A stretch of 64,000 nucleotides of DNA from an uncultured archaeon (GCA_964410585.1 CAYPFW010000001.1:416001-480000), one strand, 5' to 3'. Counted from the stretch's first letter, positions 8,023-18,615 are shown. Notes: generated by a model from the letters alone, not told the origin. Program-made: numbers and translations.

Positions 8023-10902
8023 CTAGATTTTTAATATCTTTAGCAGTTTCGACAATTCAACTTTTCCTTGTGCTAAGTTTTTATTTCCACCACCAGAACC
8101 ATTGCACTGGGAGCATATGTCCTTTATTTTCTTTTCCATGTCCTCATTATTTGACATTCCAACTATGTCTCCTATTTCATTAGAAAGTATAACTGTGAGG
8201 TTGGGATCCTTTTTCAAAAGCTCTGCTGCCATTAAAATGAGCTCCTTTCTTTGTAGATTTACAATATCAAAAAGTTGATTATTTTTTTTCTTTTTTAGGA
8301 GACCGTCTATATTGGATTTTGCTGCACTTGTTCTGAGATTTTCCAAATGCTTCCTTTGATTTTTCCATGTCTCAAAAATATATTTAGCTGCTTCCTCTAG
8401 GTTTTGAGATTTGTATTTTTGTAGGATTTCTGTTTTTTCTCCAAGGATTTTTTTGAGCTTATTTATTTCTTTCTGTTGGCTAACTGTTTCAGCAATAAAG
8501 TTGTCTATGTTTGATTCTAAATGGTCCACTGAAACAGACAAAACATCAGCGGCCTCATGGAGCTCTTTTGTCAAATGCTTTGTATCGCCTCTTATCTGAG
8601 AGACTTCAACTAAATCAGATTTGTTAAGTTTTTCGACCAAGCGAGATGAAAGATCAGAAGCGTGCCTTATGTATTTTTCAGCTGCCGCAGCTGATTTTAT
8701 TGTTATTCTTATTATTCCGTCTTGAATTTTTTCTGTTCCTACAATTATTATTTTCTCTATTTCTCCAGTATCTAAAACATGTGTGCCTGCACATGCTTCT
8801 GTATCGTGGCCCGGGACCTCTAAAATCCTTAGGGTTTTTTCAGGTATGTGTCCGCCTTGATATATTCCAAGACCAAATCTATTTTCAGCCTCTCCTCTTG
8901 GGACAAAATTACTTTTTGTTTTTATTGATTTTTTTACAATTTCATTTGCTAAGGATTCTATTTTTTCTATTTCTTCTGGCATCAAATTTTGGTAGTGTGT
9001 GATATCTAGTGTGGCTTTGTCTTCTGATTTGTGTGTGCCTGCTTGCCATGCGTGCTTTCCTAATACTTTTTTGACTGCACCATTTAAAATATGAATCGAT
9101 GTATGGTGGCGCCTTAGATTGAGTCTCCTGTTCCAGTCTATTCTTCCTTTCACTGTTTGACCGACTTTAAATTGTCCTATATTTTCGACTTTATGTGCGA
9201 CAATATGGCCGAATTTTTGGACATCAATAACTTTTTGGTTTTCCAAAAATCCAGTATCATTTTCCTGTCCACCGCCTTCTGGATAAAACAAAGTTTGGTC
9301 TAAAACTATCCAGTCTTTTGTAATCCTCAAAACCTTTCCTTCAAAATCTTTTTTTTCTGGGTTTTCGTAGAACAAGACTTTCGTGTCTGGTAGATTTGAT
9401 AGGTCTAAATCAATTTCTTTTTCTTCTTCTTTCTGGATGATATGTTTGCTCGACAAATGTTCGTAGAAGTCTTCTGGGATTTCTACTGATTGCTTTTTCT
9501 CCTTTGCTATTTGTTTTATCAGTTCTGGCGTGATTCCCTGGGACTCATATAGCTTTGCGACTTTTTCTCCGCTAAATTTTTCCCCCTTATCTAGGAGGAC
9601 TTCTATTGTCGACCTTGCTTGTTTTAGTGTTTTTTTGTATTTCTCCTCTTCAATTGAAAATATTTTGTTTAGATTATCGACGTTTTCTTTTAGCTCTGGA
9701 AACATTGGTTTTAAAAACTTAGCATGCTCTTCTGCGATCCCTGGAAGATTTAGATTTAAATTGTATTCGTCTAAGAAGGCAAGGGCGCGCCTGAAAATAA
9801 CACGAAGGTTGTAGCCGCCGCCGACATTTGATGGGAAGCCGCCGTCTGAAACTGCGAATAAAAGAGTCCGCGTGTGGTCTGCAATTGCATAGACTGCACG
9901 AAGAGGCTCGATTTGTTCTATTAATTCTTTTGTTGAGACGCCTATTGATTTTGCAATTTCTTCCCTTGTTTTTTCCAGATTTTTTGCTTCGTCTATGTTC
10001 AAACGACCTGCGAGTTTTGAGAATTTTTCAAAAATATGTTTGTCGACTTTTATTCCTGTGTGTTTTTTCATTTTTTCTATAAGATCGCCGAAGACGCAGT
10101 CATAGATTGTGTTTGTTCCGTTTGAGAGCCAGACAAGCCTCTCGTGACCCCAGCCTGTGTCATTTACTTTGATATCTAAATTTGTGAAGCCTGTTTTTGT
10201 TGCCTGAAATTCCATGAAAACATGATTGCCGACCTCCAAGCCTCCTATGTAGGTTTCAATTGAAGGCCCAAACGCGCTAAAGTCGGGCATGTGCCAGAGA
10301 TCTTCTACATAGACTAAATCTTTTGCGTCAACTCCCAAACGACCATTTAGAAAACCAAAATCAAGTTCCATGCATCTATCTTTGAAGTAGCCTTCTTTTG
10401 GGTAGCCGAAAGCATGTTGGCCTGACATGATGAAAGAAGTCATGTGTCTACCTGATAAACCAACAGAAGGTATGTCTGGGAATCTTAAACAAACTTGAGG
10501 GACAACCAAAGGATTTGCAGGATAAACAAAATTCATTTTTCCCATGTCTATCCTTTGAAAGTCTTGGATAGACGCAATTGTGAAAAATAAGTCTGGCCTC
10601 CATCTATCGATTACTGGGTATCTTGGCGTGCTTGCGTGGCCATTTTCGACGAAAAATTTCTCAAACTCTCTCCACATTTTCACATAATCTAATTTCTTTT
10701 TCGCAAGCTTGTTGCCGATGAAGTTGTAGTCTTCGCATGGAGGATTGCCGCATTTTTTTCTTTCAGGATCTAAAGTCCAGAAATAAGCTGAACAAGAGTG
10801 GCATTGTTTTCTTTGGAAACCCTTTTGTTTGAATAATTCAACTTGATAGTACTTCTGCCAATCCTTCTCAAATTCTTTTTTTAGGTTGACTTTTGTGAGC
10901 AT
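8023..10902 (-). CDS. alaS: Alanine--tRNA ligase (archaeal type)
   Basis: N-terminal Zn ribbon, DTGWGHER, IADHTR, editing HTSIH and ACAGTH, C-terminal GSGGG. Confidence 0.97.
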   Translation of the reverse strand: MLTKVNLKKEFEKDWQKYYQVELFKQKGFQRKQCHSCSAYFWTLDPERKKCGNPPCEDYNFIGNKLAKKKLDYVKMWREFEKFFVENGHASTPRYPVIDRWRPDLFFTIASIQDFQRIDMGKMNFVYPANPLVVPQVCLRFPDIPSVGLSGRHMTSFIMSGQHAFGYPKEGYFKDRCMELDFGFLNGRLGVDAKDLVYVEDLWHMPDFSAFGPSIETYIGGLEVGNHVFMEFQATKTGFTNLDIKVNDTGWGHERLVWLSNGTNTIYDCVFGDLIEKMKKHTGIKVDKHIFEKFSKLAGRLNIDEAKNLEKTREEIAKSIGVSTKELIEQIEPLRAVYAIADHTRTLLFAVSDGGFPSNVGGGYNLRVIFRRALAFLDEYNLNLNLPGIAEEHAKFLKPMFPELKENVDNLNKIFSIEEEKYKKTLKQARSTIEVLLDKGEKFSGEKVAKLYESQGITPELIKQIAKEKKQSVEIPEDFYEHLSSKHIIQKEEEKEIDLDLSNLPDTKVLFYENPEKKDFEGKVLRITKDWIVLDQTLFYPEGGGQENDTGFLENQKVIDVQKFGHIVAHKVENIGQFKVGQTVKGRIDWNRRLNLRRHHTSIHILNGAVKKVLGKHAWQAGTHKSEDKATLDITHYQNLMPEEIEKIESLANEIVKKSIKTKSNFVPRGEAENRFGLGIYQGGHIPEKTLRILEVPGHDTEACAGTHVLDTGEIEKIIIVGTEKIQDGIIRITIKSAAAAEKYIRHASDLSSRLVEKLNKSDLVEVSQIRGDTKHLTKELHEAADVLSVSVDHLESNIDNFIAETVSQQKEINKLKKILGEKTEILQKYKSQNLEEAAKYIFETWKNQRKHLENLRTSAAKSNIDGLLKKKKNNQLFDIVNLQRKELILMAAELLKKDPNLTVILSNEIGDIVGMSNNEDMEKKIKDICSQCNGSGGGNKNLAQGKVELSKLLKILKI

Positions 10903-10928
10903 ATCTAATAAATAGGGAACCAGTTATT

Positions 10929-11207
10929 TTAAACCAACTCAGCAATCTTCCTTGCTGTTTCGAAGATTTGCTTTTCAGAATCCATTTGGCGCAGGGAAAT
11001 TTCTCCGTTGGAGAAAATCAAAATAATCGCGTCGCCTTCTTCGATTTTGATTGCTTTGAGTTCGTCTGATTTAACAACAAACTTAAAATGCGAAGAAAGG
11101 TTTTTGACTGCTTTTGCAAAATCTATTTCCCTGTTCAAATATGCCTTTGCCATTATCTTGTCCTTGTCTGTTATACAAGGCCGGATTTGCGCGATTTCTA
11201 GTTTCAT
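10929..11207 (-). CDS. Small hypothetical protein (PC motif, IFSNGEI)
   Basis: 92-aa ORF upstream of alaS on the same strand. Confidence 0.7.
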   Translation of the reverse strand: MKLEIAQIRPCITDKDKIMAKAYLNREIDFAKAVKNLSSHFKFVVKSDELKAIKIEEGDAIILIFSNGEISLRQMDSEKQIFETARKIAELV

Positions 11208-11298
11208 AGCACCTTTTTAGGAAAAAGCTGCACCAAAAAGTTCAGCGCAACTCTAACCTCCTTATAGGCTTATATTATTTTCCTTTATACTTATAGGT

Positions 11299-11742
11299 AT
11301 GAATGCTGAAGAGGCCTTTGCTGATGGCAAACCAAAAATGTATGCAGCTGTTTTTAGAGATAATGCAGCTGTTCGATTTAAAATTGGCGGACTTGGAATA
11401 AGAGGATTAGAAAGGGAAGATAGGCCACTTGTTGTATACAATGTTTATAGAAGAGATGTATATGGGAAAATGGAACAAGATGGGATGCTTCCAGAGTCAG
11501 TAAAAGATCTTGTTAGAGAAATGGCAGAGTCTAACTTATACCCAGCTTCCCATGAATTTGTTTCTCCTAATTTGAATGGATGGGGAGTTGTAAGAACAGA
11601 AAAACCAGTAGATGGAGAGGCGCTTATAGATTTAATATCTGATGTAGGAACTATTTTAGCGCAACCATTTTTTGATAAAAGAGTTGGGGGCAGAGTTGCT
11701 TTCAGGGATCTCTTAATTCTAGAAGAGTTTTACACTATTTGA
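11299..11742 (+). CDS. Hypothetical protein
   Basis: 147-aa ORF, no recognisable motif. Confidence 0.65.
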   Translation: MNAEEAFADGKPKMYAAVFRDNAAVRFKIGGLGIRGLEREDRPLVVYNVYRRDVYGKMEQDGMLPESVKDLVREMAESNLYPASHEFVSPNLNGWGVVRTEKPVDGEALIDLISDVGTILAQPFFDKRVGGRVAFRDLLILEEFYTI

Positions 11743-12146
11743 TTCTTTCTCCAATCAATATATTTCTTCAACAGTCCTTTCGTCGCATCCATCAAAGGAA
11801 GATTAAAAGCTTCTTCTATTGTATACCAACCATATTCAGATATTTCGTGGTTTGGCACGATTTGTGTTTGGCTAGCTTTTGCGATGAAATCGATAAAATG
11901 GAAGGTCATTGTTGGATCTTTGAAATCAGGACTTGGAGGCTTTATCAGCTCACCGACAAAAACAATACCAGAGATTTCTATTTGAAGCTCTTCTCTTATT
12001 TCTCTACGCAGGCATTGCTCTGGTGTTTCGCCTTCCTCAATCCGTCCTCCAGGAACTATCCAATGTTTCCATTTAGGAGATGACATCAAAAATATTTTGC
12101 CTTCATCATTGTACAAGACGACTCCGACGCATTTTTTAATTGGCAT
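11730..12146 (-). CDS. NUDIX hydrolase
   Basis: GGRIEEGETPEQCLRREIREE Nudix box; likely start MPIKK at 12146. Confidence 0.92.
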   Translation of the reverse strand: MPIKKCVGVVLYNDEGKIFLMSSPKWKHWIVPGGRIEEGETPEQCLRREIREELQIEISGIVFVGELIKPPSPDFKDPTMTFHFIDFIAKASQTQIVPNHEISEYGWYTIEEAFNLPLMDATKGLLKKYIDWRKNQIV

Positions 12147-12263
12147 TTGTTTAGTTGGTTTGTTGGCTAATATATTTGAGCGGGTGGATTTTCGATTTAG
12201 AAAATAATTGAGTTGATTGTTGAGAGAATTAAAAGAATCTTTAAATATGTGCACAGACAATTC

Positions 12264-12278
12264 TATAACAGTGTTATA
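12264..12278. promoter_or_regulatory. Palindromic operator-like motif TATAACAGTGTTATA
   Basis: Perfect 6-3-6 palindrome 28 nt upstream of the HTH regulator; identical copies at 28982 and 29044. Confidence 0.65.
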
Positions 12279-12306
12279 AAGAATTAACATCGATAATTGG
12301 TTAACT

Positions 12307-12648
12307 ATGCATGGTCCATTCTGCGAAATAATGGTGAAGGAAGTCCTTCCAGTTTTGAGATGTTTGTTAGCTAAAAGGCTCTCAGAATTTGGTTTGTCGC
12401 AGAAAAAAGTTGCAGAAAAAATGGGCACAACACAGCCTGCTGTTTCTCAATACAAGAAAGGTCTAAGAGGCTCTAAAACAGCACTACTTGAAGACAACAG
12501 GGAAGTCTTGGAAAAAGTAGACCAAATCGCAAAAAAGCTTGCAGCAGGACAAATGAGTCCACAAGAAGTTCCTTTTGAGATGTGCCAAATGTGCGAACTT
12601 CTTGAAAAAGACAAAGTCTTCTTGGAAAAAATTACTGCGAAGAAATAA
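12307..12648 (+). CDS. Archaeal HTH transcriptional regulator with Cys motifs (COG2522-like)
   Basis: PFCE, GLSQKKVAEKMGTTQPAVSQY..G.RG, CQMC. Confidence 0.88.
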   Translation: MHGPFCEIMVKEVLPVLRCLLAKRLSEFGLSQKKVAEKMGTTQPAVSQYKKGLRGSKTALLEDNREVLEKVDQIAKKLAAGQMSPQEVPFEMCQMCELLEKDKVFLEKITAKK

Positions 12649-12732
12649 TTAACCTGAATCAACACAATAATCTACATTTTCTGGTTGATTCGGGTGCTGT
12701 AAAACAATAACAGATTGTTTAGTTGTTTTACG

Positions 12733-13821
12733 CTATACAGAGCCACCAAAACTAAAGATGCTTCCTATTTTATTCTTGAACCTAACCCAAGCACTCACTT
12801 GCTGGAACTCATAGCTGACTTCTTTTTTCACAAAATTTGCTGTTGCTGAATATTCTTTTGCAATTGCTTGCTCAAGTTTATCCAAACCTATTGCCTCCTC
12901 TTCTTTTTTGAAGAGTTTCCCAGCTTTTCTAAATGTTTTTGTTACAGGCGCAAAAAGGTTTGGCCTTGGCTTTGCTGTTGAGAATCCTTTTTCAGGATGG
13001 TATCCTCTTCTTATAGGGAAATAACTGTATAGGAGAAGACCAGCGAAAATTAAAATAACTGTTCCAATAGAACTATAGAAAAACATAGCTGATGTATTCT
13101 GCTTTTCAATATTTGTACATTCTGTTTTGTAGTCCTCAAGCTCTTTTATTATTGTGCTAAGTGTATCTGTTTTTTGTTTAAGGTCATCAGAGTGCCTTTC
13201 AGATCTCAAGTAGTCACCATCCTTCAATGCAGAATCTAGTTTTATTAATAGTTCATCAGATTCTTTGAATAGACTACTAGCCATTTGCGTTTTTGATTTT
13301 GTGTCTAGTTTAGAAACAGGATTTGTGTCTGGAAGTTGGCATAAGACTGAGGGCTGTTTTTCCTTCAGCGTCTTAAGAAGCATAGTATAAATTTGGTTGG
13401 AATCTTTTATAGAAACTTTTTTTTGCTCATTTAAAGAAACAACAATTATGAAGTCCTCTGTATCAAATATGGAACCTGATTGTATTTTAAATTTTCCGCT
13501 GTACTCGCCTGCTTTAAAATCTGGAGAAATTGAAAAGGATAGAAGGAATTCCTCTTCTGTGTTGCTTGATATTGAATCAGAACCTGCAACTGTATATGGT
13601 ATATTCACACTCAAATCAGCCAGGCTAAAATTAACGGGAAGTGTGGCATTTCCTATATTTTTCACTTTGATTTTTGTCTGGACAGTATCGCCCTGAAAAA
13701 CATCTATTTTGTCAACTGATTCTGTTATTGTTAGAGATTGTAAATTAGCTGCACCAGAATTTTGGATAGAGAAAACTAAGGAAAGTAGAACCACTGAAAG
13801 GAAAATTGCCCCCAATCTCAT
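12733..13821 (-). CDS. Surface/membrane protein: signal peptide, Ig-like domain, coiled coil, TM
   Basis: Hydrophobic N-terminus, VKNIGN...GEYSGKF beta-sandwich pattern, TM in the C-terminal third. Confidence 0.75.
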   Translation of the reverse strand: MRLGAIFLSVVLLSLVFSIQNSGAANLQSLTITESVDKIDVFQGDTVQTKIKVKNIGNATLPVNFSLADLSVNIPYTVAGSDSISSNTEEEFLLSFSISPDFKAGEYSGKFKIQSGSIFDTEDFIIVVSLNEQKKVSIKDSNQIYTMLLKTLKEKQPSVLCQLPDTNPVSKLDTKSKTQMASSLFKESDELLIKLDSALKDGDYLRSERHSDDLKQKTDTLSTIIKELEDYKTECTNIEKQNTSAMFFYSSIGTVILIFAGLLLYSYFPIRRGYHPEKGFSTAKPRPNLFAPVTKTFRKAGKLFKKEEEAIGLDKLEQAIAKEYSATANFVKKEVSYEFQQVSAWVRFKNKIGSIFSFGGSV

Positions 13822-13886
13822 ATATATTATTCAAAATATAATGTATGAAATTAGAACTAAGTTATATATTCTTTTCTCTACCCCTC

Positions 13887-13945
13887 CTAAGCCTTTTCTT
13901 TAGAAAAGAAAAGTCTAAGGCTTATCCAAAAGAAACTACTTTACA
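13887..13945 (+). repeat. Structured intergenic repeat, family B, copy 1
   Basis: CTAAGCCTTTTCTTTAGAAAAGAAAAGTCTAAGGCTTATCCAAAAGAAACT...ACA; similar to 20643, 43580 and 62646. Confidence 0.75.
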
Positions 13946-13972
13946 AGAGAAATCGATGTATAGAAAGGTTAT

Positions 13973-15595
13973 ATGGAAGAAAATAGCCTGTTCTGGGCCG
14001 ATCAACTTGCAGACCAAGTGATTGAAAGGGCGAAGAAAGAGGGAAAAATAGTTAGTATAAGGAGTGGACAAACACCATCTGGTGGGAAACATATTGGAAA
14101 CCTAAATGATCCTGTGCGCGCATATTTTGTTTACAAATCTGTTTTAGAGAAGGGTAAGAAAGCAAGATTTATCAATACAAGCGATGATAGAGACCCACTA
14201 AAGGATGTGCCTGCAAGGATTGCTGATTTAGATGGAAAGTGGCACAAATCTGAAAATTTCTCCGAATTGAAAAAACACTTAGGTAAACCATTGATCAGGG
14301 TTCCAGATCCGTTTGGATGTTGTAAAAGCTATGCAGAACATTTTGCTAGTTTGTGGAGCCAAGGTCTTGCGCTTTTGGGAATAAGACCACAGGAATATAC
14401 AAATGATAATTGGTATAAGGAAGGAAAGTTTGATCCATACATAAAAAAGGTTTTTGAGAAAAGGCAACTATCAGGCGAGCTTTGCAACAAATACCAAGAA
14501 AGCAAATCAGCTGAATATATCCCTTTCGATGCAATTTGTCCAAATTGTGGAGTGTTGGCAAACATTTCTGAATTTGATTTGAAATCAAAGAAAGTCCAGT
14601 TTATTTGCGGTGGAAAGTCAATAAAAAAGAAAAAATCAGAAGGCTGCGGCTTTGAAGGCGAGGTACCTTGGTCTGAAGGAAAGCTACAGTGGAGGTTTGA
14701 GTGGCCTGCTCAATGGGGAATTTGTGAAACAAACTTTGAGCCTTTTGGAAAAGATCACTACGAAGGGTCTTGGAAATCAGGACAGGAGATTGCTAAAAGA
14801 GTTTATGATTTCGAGCCGCCTATACCATATGTATACGAGTTCTTTTTGGTCAACGGCGAGAAAATGTCTGCATCAAAGGGAAATGTTTACATTGTACAAG
14901 ATATGCTCAAAATTGTCGAGCCAGAAATTTTCCTTTACTTCTATACAAAGAGGCCAGGAAAACAAAGGGACTTGGATTTGAAAAATATAGGGCTTCTGGT
15001 TGATGATTTTGAAAAGGTTGAGAGGATTTATTTTGATGTTGACAAAGAAGAGAATGAAAGAGAAAAGGACAATTTGAAAAGATCCTATTTCATGGCAGTT
15101 GAAAAATTGCCTAAAGCCATACCAACCAGGATTTCATATTCATTTGCATCGCTTGTCTCTCAATATTATTCTGATAAAAACAAAATTTTGGAGCTGCTTA
15201 AAACACTAAGCATGATGAAAGGACAAACAAGAGATGAGGAGAAACAGATTTTGAAGAGGTTTGAACTAGCCAAAAATTGGATAGATATGTTTGCACCAGA
15301 GGAAGCTAAAATCAAGCTTCAGGAAACCTGTTCTGATGAGATAAAAAAAGGTCTAACTGAAAACCAAAAACATGCTGTGAAAGAATTGGGCTTGGAACTT
15401 GAGAAAAAAGAAATGAAAGAAGAAGAACTGTACAATCTTTTTTGGCATATTGCAGAGAAAAACCAGTTAAAGGCGCCTGAATTTTTCAGGTCTGTGTATT
15501 TGGTTTTGCTTGCAAAAGAAAGAGGACCAAAACTTGCTCCATTTATTTTGACTGTTGGACAGAAGAAAGTTGCTGAGATTTTGGAGAGGGTTTAG
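13973..15595 (+). CDS. lysS: Lysine--tRNA ligase, class I
   Basis: FWAD, PSGGKHIGN (HIGH), EPFGKDH, KMSASKGN (KMSKS). Confidence 0.97.
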   Translation: MEENSLFWADQLADQVIERAKKEGKIVSIRSGQTPSGGKHIGNLNDPVRAYFVYKSVLEKGKKARFINTSDDRDPLKDVPARIADLDGKWHKSENFSELKKHLGKPLIRVPDPFGCCKSYAEHFASLWSQGLALLGIRPQEYTNDNWYKEGKFDPYIKKVFEKRQLSGELCNKYQESKSAEYIPFDAICPNCGVLANISEFDLKSKKVQFICGGKSIKKKKSEGCGFEGEVPWSEGKLQWRFEWPAQWGICETNFEPFGKDHYEGSWKSGQEIAKRVYDFEPPIPYVYEFFLVNGEKMSASKGNVYIVQDMLKIVEPEIFLYFYTKRPGKQRDLDLKNIGLLVDDFEKVERIYFDVDKEENEREKDNLKRSYFMAVEKLPKAIPTRISYSFASLVSQYYSDKNKILELLKTLSMMKGQTRDEEKQILKRFELAKNWIDMFAPEEAKIKLQETCSDEIKKGLTENQKHAVKELGLELEKKEMKEEELYNLFWHIAEKNQLKAPEFFRSVYLVLLAKERGPKLAPFILTVGQKKVAEILERV

Positions 15596-15621
15596 GACAT
15601 TTCACGTTTACTTTACTAGAA

Positions 15622-16170
15622 TCAATATTCGCCTTCCTCATTTCTGCAGTCTTCGCAAAGCCATCTGCCTTCTGCATGCCTTAGGTCATCTGAATAATCG
15701 CCGCATTTTTCGCATAAACCAGATATAGCTTCTGTTGGCTCAGCTACGCGGTCCAGCCTGCTTTTCAATTTTTCAGATAAAACTTCAATCAGTTCAGGCG
15801 CTGCTAAAAGAATTTCTTTTTCAGAAACAATTCCAACAAGCCTGCCACCATCGATAACAGGTAGCCTTTTCACTCCCGATTTTACCATTTTTCTGGCAAC
15901 TGCAAGCATGTCTTCTGAAGAATTTGCTGAGACTAAAGGCTTCTTTTTCAGGTCTTTTGCTTTTGTTTTTTTCAGATCTTTGTCGTGTGCAAGGGCGTGG
16001 ACAATGTCCTTTTCAGTCACCAACCTCACTGGTTTTTTCTTATCCAACACAACAACTGAACCAATTTGATTGTTCGACAAGATTTTTGAAATAGTATACA
16101 AAGAAGCATTTGGATCAACTGTGACAACCTTTGTCCTCATTATATTTCTAATAGCCACCATAGACACCAC
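15622..16170 (-). CDS. CBS-pair protein with C-terminal Zn ribbon
   Basis: Two CBS repeats; GLCEKCG...LCEDC. Confidence 0.9.
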   Translation of the reverse strand: MVSMVAIRNIMRTKVVTVDPNASLYTISKILSNNQIGSVVVLDKKKPVRLVTEKDIVHALAHDKDLKKTKAKDLKKKPLVSANSSEDMLAVARKMVKSGVKRLPVIDGGRLVGIVSEKEILLAAPELIEVLSEKLKSRLDRVAEPTEAISGLCEKCGDYSDDLRHAEGRWLCEDCRNEEGEY

Positions 16171-16212
16171 CCTATTTAAATATTATAGTTTATATCTGAT
16201 ATAAAGTTATCC

Positions 16213-16268
16213 TGTATAATAGTTTCTTTGGGATAACTTACCACTTTCTTTTCTAAAGAAAGGGGGAG
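16213..16268 (-). repeat. Family B repeat, copy 2
   Basis: Reverse strand reads CTTTCTTTAGAAAAGAAAGTGGTAAGTTATCCCAAAGAAACTATTATACA. Confidence 0.75.
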
Positions 16269-16272
16269 TATT

Positions 16273-17349
16273 ATGAACGAGGAAGATATTGTAAAAATGC
16301 TTGCAGAAAAAAAGACAGTGATAGATGAAACAATCAAAAAATACTTGCCTGAAAAATTCGATGAAAAATATTTGGAGTGGTCATTGGGAAAGGCCAGATA
16401 TTCTTACAATGTTGAAGCTTTGCAAAAAGTTATTTCAGAGCCAATTTGGGATTTTTTGAATAGAGGCGGGAAAAGATGGAGGCCTGTTTTATTTCTTTTA
16501 GTTGCAGAGGCACTTGGAGCTGATTTGAAAAAGGTGCAAGACTTTGTTGTGATTTCTGAATTGGTGCACAATGGAAGTCTTGTTGTCGACGATATAGAAG
16601 ACAGATCAGAATTAAGGAGAGGCGAACCATGCATGCACATAAAGTTCGGCATTGATATTGCAATAAACGCAGGGAACATGATGTACTTTTTACCCTTTCT
16701 AGCTTTGATGAAAAACAAATATAATTTTTCTGCTGATACTATTGCAAAAGCATACCAAACTTGCATACAGGAGCTTATCAATATACACTGCGGACAGGGC
16801 TTGGACATCGCATGGCACAATGGTTTGGGAAATGCAAACAATATAACTGAAAAAGAATATCTGCAGATGTGCGCATACAAAACAGGGACTTTGGCAAGGT
16901 TATCTGCGCGACTTGCTGTTGTTTTGGCAGGTGGATATGAAAAACAAGAAGAGGTTTTGGGAAAGTTTGCAGAAACAATTGGTGTGGCTTTCCAAATACA
17001 GGATGATGTTTTAAGTGCATCTGGAGAAAAATTCCAGGAGAAAAAAGGTTTTGGAGACGATATAACTGAGGGGAAAAGGACACTTATAGTTATACATGCT
17101 ATGCAAAATTTGGAACAAGCAGACAGGGAAAGGTTGATTGAGATTCTAAACATGCATACAAGGGATGTTAATTTGATTAAAGAGGCTTTGGATTTGCTGA
17201 AAAAGAAAGGTTCTGTTGAGTATGCGAAAAATGTAGCAAAGGACATGGTGCGAAGCGCGTGGGCAGATGCTAACAAACTGCTTCCAGAATCAATTGCAAA
17301 AGGCAAGCTCAAAAAATTCGCAGACTTTTTGGTGGACAGGGAGTGGTAA
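16273..17349 (+). CDS. Polyprenyl (probably geranylgeranyl) diphosphate synthase
   Basis: GGKRWRP, DDIED...RRG, GQGLD, KTG, FQIQDD, DDITEGK. Confidence 0.93.
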   Translation: MNEEDIVKMLAEKKTVIDETIKKYLPEKFDEKYLEWSLGKARYSYNVEALQKVISEPIWDFLNRGGKRWRPVLFLLVAEALGADLKKVQDFVVISELVHNGSLVVDDIEDRSELRRGEPCMHIKFGIDIAINAGNMMYFLPFLALMKNKYNFSADTIAKAYQTCIQELINIHCGQGLDIAWHNGLGNANNITEKEYLQMCAYKTGTLARLSARLAVVLAGGYEKQEEVLGKFAETIGVAFQIQDDVLSASGEKFQEKKGFGDDITEGKRTLIVIHAMQNLEQADRERLIEILNMHTRDVNLIKEALDLLKKKGSVEYAKNVAKDMVRSAWADANKLLPESIAKGKLKKFADFLVDREW

Positions 17350-17377
17350 TTATCTTTTAAACTCTGTATACTTTTTG

Positions 17378-17466
17378 CTCAAGCTTTTTACTAAAAAGCT
17401 TGGCTTATGCAAAAATAGGAGCCTAAAAATTCTTCGTTGATACTCGAAAAATTTTACAGCTTCCAT
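17378..17466 (-). repeat. Family A repeat, copy 3
   Basis: Reverse strand ATGGAAGCTG-TAAAATTTTTC-GA-GTATCAAC-GA-AGAATTTTTA-GGCTCC then AAGCTTTTT-AGT-AAAAAGCTT hairpin. Confidence 0.8.
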
Positions 17467-17480
17467 GTACTAACGAATTT

Positions 17481-17753
17481 ATGAAAGCTAATCAAGTAAA
17501 AAAGCTTTGGGAAGAATTTAGGAAAATACCTTTTCCAAAAGAGATCCATTCTTTAAACACAGATTTCGAATTTAACGACAGCTTGGCGGCGGGTTGTATA
17601 TCCTCCTTTGTTGAATACGGAAAATTATCAAAAGAAAATAAGCAAGTTCTCCTAGGATGCAAAAAATACTTTAAGGAGAATATGAACAAACTTCCTCCAG
17701 AAGGAAAAAAGTATTTCGAAAAACTTCTAAAAATAATAGATTGTATTTTATGA
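17481..17753 (+). CDS. Hypothetical protein
   Basis: 90-aa ORF, ATGA-coupled to the next gene. Confidence 0.65.
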   Translation: MKANQVKKLWEEFRKIPFPKEIHSLNTDFEFNDSLAAGCISSFVEYGKLSKENKQVLLGCKKYFKENMNKLPPEGKKYFEKLLKIIDCIL

Positions 17754-17995
17754 ATCCCACAGAAAAAAATCTTGAAGCAGAAACTTTAAAGTGGCTTGAA
17801 AAATTGGAGAAAAGAAGGAAGCAAACAAAGGTTTTGGATAAAAAAGCAAAGGACTCTTTGGTTAATGTTGATTCTTACATATCAGACTGCAAACATTTCT
17901 TGGAGAAAAAGGATTATATTCGGGCATTCGAAGCAATGGTTTATGCTTTTGGTATATACGAGACGCTTATAAATTTAGAACTTGTAAGAGAGTGA
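17750..17995 (+). CDS. DUF357-like protein
   Basis: SYISDCKHFLEKKDYIRAFEAMVYAFG pattern. Confidence 0.82.
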   Translation: MNPTEKNLEAETLKWLEKLEKRRKQTKVLDKKAKDSLVNVDSYISDCKHFLEKKDYIRAFEAMVYAFGIYETLINLELVRE

Positions 17996-17996
17996 T

Positions 17997-18296
17997 ATGT
18001 TACAACCTATACTTGGTATAATAAGTTTCATTGGTGCTATTGTTATTTTTAGCTCCACATTTGTGGAGGGGAATTTAATTTTAACTGCATCTTTAGCTGC
18101 TTTGATTTTGATTGAAGGAGTATACCACTTGCTGAAAAAGAATGTCATTAAGGGCGGAATAAAATTAGCTTCCACAATAACACTAACTATTTCTATTTTC
18201 TTCAGATTACCTTTCTATTTATCATTTATTGTTGGAATAGCATTGCTTGTAGTTGCTTTGTATGATGTTTTCCCAACAATAATAGGGAAGGAATAA
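17997..18296 (+). CDS. Small multi-pass membrane protein
   Basis: Four hydrophobic segments. Confidence 0.7.
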   Translation: MLQPILGIISFIGAIVIFSSTFVEGNLILTASLAALILIEGVYHLLKKNVIKGGIKLASTITLTISIFFRLPFYLSFIVGIALLVVALYDVFPTIIGKE

Positions 18297-18297
18297 A

Positions 18298-18615
18298 ATG
18301 AGCCTACTAATGTTTGTTTTGGGATGGATAGATGTAATAGGTAGTTTACTTATTTTCTTGAGCCTGATTGGAATAGGTTATGGATTTTATTTTCTATGGA
18401 TTATAGCACTTATCCACTTAATCAAAGGTCTATACAGTCTTGCATGGGGAGGATATTTTGCTGCTTTCATTGATATTGTTGCTGGGGTTATCTTATTTTT
18501 GTCTTACATTTCTATACCCATGTATTATGTCCTCGGAGCAATTGTTGGTATCTTGCTTTTGATAAAGGGCGTGCAATCAATTATTCCATTTCTAAGCGAG
18601 CTGATTAATGCATAA
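18298..18615 (+). CDS. Small multi-pass membrane protein
   Basis: Four TM segments with internal repeat (ID...LIKG). Confidence 0.7.
   Translation: MSLLMFVLGWIDVIGSLLIFLSLIGIGYGFYFLWIIALIHLIKGLYSLAWGGYFAAFIDIVAGVILFLSYISIPMYYVLGAIVGILLLIKGVQSIIPFLSELINA

Noticed and set aside
12147-12428. Long N-terminal extension of the NUDIX ORF
   Set aside because: Overlaps the divergent regulator and its promoter; the Nudix fold starts at 12146.
16404-17312. 302-aa antisense ORF
   Set aside because: Shadow of the prenyl synthase gene with no motifs; the same applies to the many other antisense ORFs in the track.
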